Source of the DNA: Desulfovibrio sp.
Lineage (GTDB): Bacteria > Desulfobacterota > Desulfovibrionia > Desulfovibrionales > Desulfovibrionaceae
Length of the DNA stretch: 64,000 nt
Reading direction: 5' to 3'
Assembly: GCA_031276485.1 (NCBI GenBank)
Contig: JAISMY010000105.1
Coordinates: 11,378 to 75,377, forward strand
Numbering within the stretch: position 1 is the first letter of the stretch; each line of letters opens with the position of its first letter. The notes under the pieces were generated by a model. That model saw only the letters and a program-made list of their open reading frames with translations. It was not told the origin of the DNA and searched no databases. A program made the position numbers and the translations under genes. Shown here one piece after another: positions 58,863 through 64,000 of the stretch.

Positions 58863-59540
58863 ATGGGCATAAAAGCGGTGAAAGCGGAAGCTCAGGACGG
58901 CCTGGTTGCCGACATCCGCTCCGAGGTTTCCGCGGAAGCCTCGCCGTTGCTGCGTTTTCTGCTGTCCAACGCCAAATTCGCTGCCCTTGGGCTGCTGTTG
59001 CTCATCGCGGCCGTTGCGGGACGGCATTTTTATTCCACGCAGGCGGAAAACCGAAGAATGGAAGAAGCGGAGGCTCTCGGGCGTATCCTGGTGATTTCCG
59101 CGCCGGCCCTGCGTTTGGAAAAGCTGGAGGAATTCATGGCCGGCGCGCCTGCATCGACGCGGACGGCGGGCTGGTTCGCGGTCATGGAAGCGGCGACGCT
59201 TTTACAGGACAACGACAAGGTGTACAACGCCTGGAAAGAGATCGGCGCGGCCGACCCTTCCCTGAGGGTGGCGTCGGCCATGGGTATGGCCGGCGCGCTG
59301 GCCGCGCAGGATAAGTTCCGCGAAGCCCTCGATCTGCTTGATGCGGCATCGGGAGGGCTGGAAGCGGGCGAAGCCGCCAATGTCAATTCCCGCATCGTGA
59401 TTCTCGCCGAACTGACGGGCGACCTGCAACGCGCCGTCAAGGCTTGCGACGCCGTGACCGGTCTGCCCTCCGGTTCGGCGGATATGAAGTTTTGGGCGCA
59501 GAAAAAACTTGAACTTGAAGAAAAACTCGGCAGGCGATAG
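58863..59540 (+). CDS. membrane-anchored TPR-like hypothetical protein
   Basis: One N-terminal TM followed by helical repeats; RBS GGAG. Confidence 0.7.
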   Translation: MGIKAVKAEAQDGLVADIRSEVSAEASPLLRFLLSNAKFAALGLLLLIAAVAGRHFYSTQAENRRMEEAEALGRILVISAPALRLEKLEEFMAGAPASTRTAGWFAVMEAATLLQDNDKVYNAWKEIGAADPSLRVASAMGMAGALAAQDKFREALDLLDAASGGLEAGEAANVNSRIVILAELTGDLQRAVKACDAVTGLPSGSADMKFWAQKKLELEEKLGRR

Positions 59541-59570
59541 TTTTCGGCCCGGCGCTGCCGGAGGAGGCTT

Positions 59571-61403
59571 ATGAACCACCCGCTGCTTGCGCCCGCCGGC
59601 GGGACGCATCTGCTGCTCGGTAACGAGGCCGTGGTGCGCGGCGCCCTGGAGACCGGCGTCAATTTTGTTTCCTGTTATCCCGGCACGCCGTCTTCCGAAG
59701 TTCCCGACGGCTTCCGAAGTCTTGCCGCGAGCGGACGTTTCGTCTTCGAGTATTCGGTCAACGAGAAAGTCGCGCTGGAATGCGCGGCCGGCGCGGCCTT
59801 AAGCGGCGCGCTGTGCCTTGTGACCATGAAGCACGTCGGCGTCAACGTGGCCGCCGACCCGCTGCTGACCATGACGTACACAGGCCTGCCCGGCGGTCTG
59901 GTCCTGCTGTCGGCCGACGATCCCGGCTGCCATTCCAGCCAGAACGAGCAGGACAACCGCCTGTACGCGCGTTTCGCGGGCATGCCCTGTTTTGAGCCGG
60001 CGTCGGCGCAGGAATGCCTGGACATGACCAAGGCAGCTCTGCTGCTGGCCCGCGAAAGCGGGCAACCGGTCATGCTGCGCACCACCACCAGGGTCAATCA
60101 CCTGCGCGGCCCCGTGCGGTTCGGCCCTTTGCCGGATCCGGCGCCCGTCATTCCCTTTGTCCGCGACCCCGGACGTTTCGTGCCCGTGCCCGCCGTTGCC
60201 CGCGTCCGCCACAGAGCGATGGCCGCCAACCTGGAACGTATACGCACTGTTGCGGAAAACTCCCCCTTCAACCGGGAGAGCGGGGAGGGCGACATCGGCG
60301 TTGTCGCTTCCGGCATCAGCCGCGCCTACCTGCACGATGCGCTGCTGTCCGTCGCCCCGGAGCTGAGGCCGCGCGTTTTCGAACTCGGCATGAGCCTGCC
60401 GCTGCCGGTAAAGGCCCTGGCAGACTTCATGCGCCGGGTCAGGTCTCTGCTCGTTCTGGAAGAGGGCGAGCCCTTTGTCGAGCAGGCGTTGCATGCGCTG
60501 GCCCACAGCCTGTCCCTGCCTGTGGAGATCAGGGGCAAGCAGGGACCGCTGGAAATTTTCGGCGAATACTCCGTCCCGCAGGTTCTGAGCGCGTTGCGGG
60601 TCTCGTCCGGGTTCAGCGGAGAAAAAGCGGCCGCGCCGGCCTCATCCGTAGCCCTGCCGGGGCGTCCGCCCAACCTCTGCCCTGGTTGCGCCCATCGTTC
60701 GGCGTTTTATGCGGCGCGCAAAGTGTTCGGCGACGACGTCGTCTATGCCAGCGACATAGGCTGTTATACGCTCGGCCTTTTGCCGCCCTTGCGGACGGCG
60801 GATTTTCTGTTTTGCATGGGCTCCTCGATCTCGGCCGGGAGCGGGTTTGCCCGGTTCGGCAAACCCGTGGTCGCCTTTATCGGCGACTCGACCTTTTTTC
60901 ATTCCGGCCTGACCGGGCTGGTCAACGCCGTGTTCAACAAGCACACCGTTCTGGTGGTCATTCTGGACAACGGGACCACGGCCATGACCGGGCATCAGCC
61001 GAACCCCGGCATGGATCAGGAAGCGCTCGGCGCGAACTGTACGCATCTCGACATTGAAAGCGTGGTCCGGGGTTGCGGCGTGACCCGCGTCGCGCGGGCA
61101 GGCGGATACAACCAGAAACGCCTGCTCGCCCTGATGCGGGAAATGAAGGACGCAACGGGCGTGCGCGTGCTTATCGTCGAAGAACCCTGTGTGCTGTATG
61201 CCCGCCGCGCGCTGAAAAAGAAACGAGGGCAGAAAGCCTGCGCGGCCCGTCAGGACGCCGCCGCCGCGGAATGTCTGGAAAGCCTGGCCTGTCCGGCGTT
61301 TTACCGCGCGGGAGAAACATGCGGGGTCAACACCGACCTGTGTACGGGCTGCATGGTCTGCGTACAGGCGTCGCCCTCATTCAGGGCGCAAAAGCAGGGT
61401 TGA
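59571..61403 (+). CDS. iorA: indolepyruvate ferredoxin oxidoreductase alpha subunit
   Basis: LLGNEAVVRG, YPGTPSSE, NEKVALE, MKHVGVNVAAD, CPGCAHR, GDSTFFH, C-terminal ferredoxin Cys. Confidence 0.95.
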   Translation: MNHPLLAPAGGTHLLLGNEAVVRGALETGVNFVSCYPGTPSSEVPDGFRSLAASGRFVFEYSVNEKVALECAAGAALSGALCLVTMKHVGVNVAADPLLTMTYTGLPGGLVLLSADDPGCHSSQNEQDNRLYARFAGMPCFEPASAQECLDMTKAALLLARESGQPVMLRTTTRVNHLRGPVRFGPLPDPAPVIPFVRDPGRFVPVPAVARVRHRAMAANLERIRTVAENSPFNRESGEGDIGVVASGISRAYLHDALLSVAPELRPRVFELGMSLPLPVKALADFMRRVRSLLVLEEGEPFVEQALHALAHSLSLPVEIRGKQGPLEIFGEYSVPQVLSALRVSSGFSGEKAAAPASSVALPGRPPNLCPGCAHRSAFYAARKVFGDDVVYASDIGCYTLGLLPPLRTADFLFCMGSSISAGSGFARFGKPVVAFIGDSTFFHSGLTGLVNAVFNKHTVLVVILDNGTTAMTGHQPNPGMDQEALGANCTHLDIESVVRGCGVTRVARAGGYNQKRLLALMREMKDATGVRVLIVEEPCVLYARRALKKKRGQKACAARQDAAAAECLESLACPAFYRAGETCGVNTDLCTGCMVCVQASPSFRAQKQG

Positions 61404-61697
61404 TACCAAGTTGGCGGGAACAGGCAGTTATTTTATAAAAATACCTGATTACGTACTATGTTCGGCTACTTTTGAGCCGGCGCGCGGGGAACGGTCATTC
61501 TGAGCGAAGCAAAAAAGCCGGCTTTATGCCTTTCGAAGCCGGGAAGACAGATTCTTCGCTTCGCCCAGAATGACGGAGAGGGGTAGGCTCACTCCTCTCT
61601 CCCTGAAATTGAACAGGTTTTCGAGGTGTTCAGAACTCTTTGGTTTCAAAAAGAATATCTGTTTTTCAGATCGGGGAAGAATGGCTGAACATGGTAC
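61403..61697 (+). mobile_element. composite repeat insertion between iorA and iorB
   Basis: Ends ATACCAAGTT / AACATGGTAC (E-type); internal A-type hairpin GTCATTCTGAGCGAAGC...GCTTCGCCCAGAATGAC at ~61495-61574. Confidence 0.55.
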
Positions 61698-61718
61698 GTA
61701 ATCAGGAAAGGATTTCCG

Positions 61719-62351
61719 ATGACTGTTGCGTTGCGTATTTATCTGACGGGCGTGGGCGGTCAGGGCACCCTGACGGCTACGACCCTGCTGGCCCGCGCGG
61801 CTGTTGCCTGCGGGCTGGAGGTGGTTTCGGGCGAGATCCACGGTATGGCCCAGCGCGGCGGGATTGTGGAATCCACCGTGCTGCTGGGCGGTTTCCGGAG
61901 TCCGACCCTCCGTCCCGGCGAAGCGGACCTCCTGCTGGGTTTTGAGGCTTTGGAAAGCATGCGCGCCGTGCCGTACCTCACACCGGGCGGCGCCGCTGTC
62001 TGCGCAACGGATTTCATCCCTCCTCCGGGCGTGAGCATGGGACGCGAGCGGTTGCCGGACATAGAGGAAGTCCGGGAAACCGTCGGGCGGGTCGCCGGCC
62101 GCAGCTTGTTCCTGTCCATTGATGCTTTGGGCCGGCGGGCCGGAGCCGTGCGCAGCGGCAACAGCGCGCTGCTCGGGGCAGCCTGCGCCGCCGGTTTCCT
62201 GCCGTTCGGGCCGGAGGTTCTGGGCGAGGTCATACGCGGGCATCTGCCCCCCGGGGACGCCGAGATCAACCTGCGCGCCCTGGAACTGGGCAGAGACGCG
62301 GCCGGGCCTTGCCGGGACCGGCCCGGCGGGAACGCAGGGACGACACACTGA
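61719..62351 (+). CDS. iorB: indolepyruvate ferredoxin oxidoreductase beta subunit
   Basis: GVGGQG, SGEIHGMAQRGG. Confidence 0.93.
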   Translation: MTVALRIYLTGVGGQGTLTATTLLARAAVACGLEVVSGEIHGMAQRGGIVESTVLLGGFRSPTLRPGEADLLLGFEALESMRAVPYLTPGGAAVCATDFIPPPGVSMGRERLPDIEEVRETVGRVAGRSLFLSIDALGRRAGAVRSGNSALLGAACAAGFLPFGPEVLGEVIRGHLPPGDAEINLRALELGRDAAGPCRDRPGGNAGTTH

Positions 62352-62530
62352 CTTTTTGGGGCTTTGTCCGAAATCCACCACGCATAGGCGTAACATGGCG
62401 TAAAATTTGTTATTTTAGCAAAAGTTCCGGTGCGCGAATATTTCCTCAAGTCCAACTGTTCCGGCCGGTTACTTTTTTGCGTGGTGGATTGTGGTTGTCC
62501 CCAGGGAATTGTTTTTCAATTACCCCAACA

Positions 62531-62584
62531 GGCATCTTCGTCTCCGCTATACCACTCTGCTTTCTGCTGAAAGCAGCGTGGTAT
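62531..62584 (-). repeat. partial family E copy (terminal hairpin)
   Basis: CTTCGTCTCCGCTATACCACTCTGCTTTCTGCTGAAAGCAGCGTGGTAT matches the reverse complement of 4127-4180. Confidence 0.7.
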
Positions 62585-62630
62585 GGGAATGCTCCTGAAG
62601 GGAGAGCTTCAGGCCGTACAGGAAGTTCAG

Positions 62631-64000
62631 GTGAAAGTCAGCCTTGTCGGAGCCGGTCCCGGAGACCCCGGATTGTTCACGCTGAAAGGGCGGGATGTTT
62701 TGGCGCGCGCCGATGTCGTCGTTTACGATTACCTTGCGGCGGAGAGCCTGCTTTCCTGTGCCCGGCCGGACGCGGAGCTGATTTACGCAGGCAAACAGGG
62801 CGGGGAGCACAGCCTGTCCCAGGGCGAAATCAACGCCCTTCTGATACGCAAGGCGAAGGAAGGCAAACTTGTCGCCCGGCTGAAGGGCGGCGATCCGTAC
62901 ATGTTCGGGCGCGGCGGTGAAGAGGCCGAGGCGCTGGTCGCGGCAGGCGTCGACTTTGAGGTGATACCCGGCGTCACCAGCGGCATCGCCGCCCCGGCCT
63001 ATGCCGGAATCCCGCTTACGCACCGCGCCTGCGCTTCCTCGGTACTTTTCGCCACCGGCCACGAAGATCCGGGCAAAGCGGAGAGCGCGCACAACTGGGA
63101 TGCCATGGCCCGGAGCGGGGCGACTCTGGTGTTTTACATGGGCATGAAGAATCTGCCCGAAATCGCCCGCAGGCTTGTAGAGGCCGGCCTGGACGCGGAC
63201 ACGCCGACGGCCCTGGTGCAGTGGGGTACAACGCCCCGCCACAGGAGCCTGCTGACCACCCTGGGCCGCGCGCCCGCCGAGGCCGCGGAGCACGCCTTCT
63301 CCGCCCCGGCCCTGATTGTCGTGGGGCGGGCGGCCGGGCTGCGCGATACTTTGAACAGCTTTGAAAAACGTCCGCTGTTCGGCAAGGGCGTCGTGGTGAC
63401 CAGAGCCAGGGAACAGGCGTCGGAAACGGCAGCCATGCTGGAGGAACTGGGGGCCGAGGTCATCCTGTTTCCGACCATAGAGATCGTGCCGCTCGACGAC
63501 TGCGCGGCGGCGTCTGCCGGTCCGACCGGGAAACCGCCGCCTCCGACCGGAGAACCTGCGCCTGCGACCGGGAAGACGCGCCCGCCGGACGCTTCCGGAC
63601 AAGCCTCACGCGCGTTCCCGCTGCCGGACGGCTTTGCCCCTTACGGCATGCTCATCTTCACTTCGGTGAACGGTGTGAACTTTTTTTGGGAGCGTTTGCG
63701 CCGCGCCGGCCTTGACGCCCGCGCCCTGGCCGGCCTCGAGCTGGTCTGCATAGGGCCGGCAACGGCCGCCGCCCTGCGCGGGCACGGCCTGGAAGCCGAC
63801 CTGCTGCCGGAAAACTATGTGGCGGAAAGCGTGGCCGAAGGGATTCTCAAACACTACGCGGACCGCATTGCGGAGATGCGCATCCTTTTGCCCAGGGCAC
63901 TCAAGGCCCGCGATGCCCTGCCCAGGCTCCTGGGCGCGCATTGCGCCGGGGTGGATATCCTGCCGCTGTACGACACCGCGCCTGCGGGAGGACGCAGGGA
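62631..64000 (+). CDS. cobA: uroporphyrinogen-III C-methyltransferase / synthase fusion (CobA-HemD), runs off the right edge
   Basis: Manual translation from GTG 62631: VKVSLVGAGPGDPGLFTLKG, RLKGGDPYMFGRGGEE, then KRPLFGKGVVVTRAREQ and IFTSVNGV (HemD). Confidence 0.93.
   Translation, partial: MKVSLVGAGPGDPGLFTLKGRDVLARADVVVYDYLAAESLLSCARPDAELIYAGKQGGEHSLSQGEINALLIRKAKEGKLVARLKGGDPYMFGRGGEEAEALVAAGVDFEVIPGVTSGIAAPAYAGIPLTHRACASSVLFATGHEDPGKAESAHNWDAMARSGATLVFYMGMKNLPEIARRLVEAGLDADTPTALVQWGTTPRHRSLLTTLGRAPAEAAEHAFSAPALIVVGRAAGLRDTLNSFEKRPLFGKGVVVTRAREQASETAAMLEELGAEVILFPTIEIVPLDDCAAASAGPTGKPPPPTGEPAPATGKTRPPDASGQASRAFPLPDGFAPYGMLIFTSVNGVNFFWERLRRAGLDARALAGLELVCIGPATAAALRGHGLEADLLPENYVAESVAEGILKHYADRIAEMRILLPRALKARDALPRLLGAHCAGVDILPLYDTAPAGGRR
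63522..63584 (+). repeat. 21-bp imperfect tandem repeat x3 in the HemD domain
   Basis: ccgaccgggaaaccgccgcct / ccgaccggagaacctgcgcct / gcgaccgggaagacgcgcccg. Confidence 0.75.

Noticed and set aside
62547-63602. 351-aa minus-strand ORF
   Set aside because: Shadow of plus-strand cobA-hemD, which the track missed because it has no stop in the window.

Overview
GC-rich bacterial chromosomal segment, most consistent with a Desulfovibrionaceae-type deltaproteobacterium (inferred from the cysS-rpiB order, iorAB, the cobA-hemD fusion, an AMIN protein and several sigma54 activators). About 43 intact-looking CDS cover housekeeping (ilvB, gltB, gltX, purN, cysS, rpiB, gmhB, tyrA, sfsA, type III glutamine synthetase, thiolase/hbd, iorAB, cobA-hemD), three large hybrid histidine kinases, an MCP and two sigma54 activators. 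I found no rRNA, tRNA, cas gene or intact transposase. The structure the gene list does not explain is in the spacers. At least six families of 100-190 bp terminal-inverted-repeat (MITE-like) elements occur there, often stacked or nested and abutting stop codons, along with IS21 and IS1 remnants. One element sits in frame inside a degenerate sensor/receiver gene. Best candidates for new biology: (i) a sigma54 module (PAS activator, three GATG-N8-CATC sites, -24/-12 promoter) driving a lactonase-fold protein whose two second-metal histidines are both Arg; (ii) the protein-coding MITE; (iii) a translationally coupled hydantoinase/oxoprolinase + histone-deacetylase-family pair; (iv) a sensor-less NifA-like activator in front of GS III. 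All calls come from reading the sequence by eye, and no database search was run.
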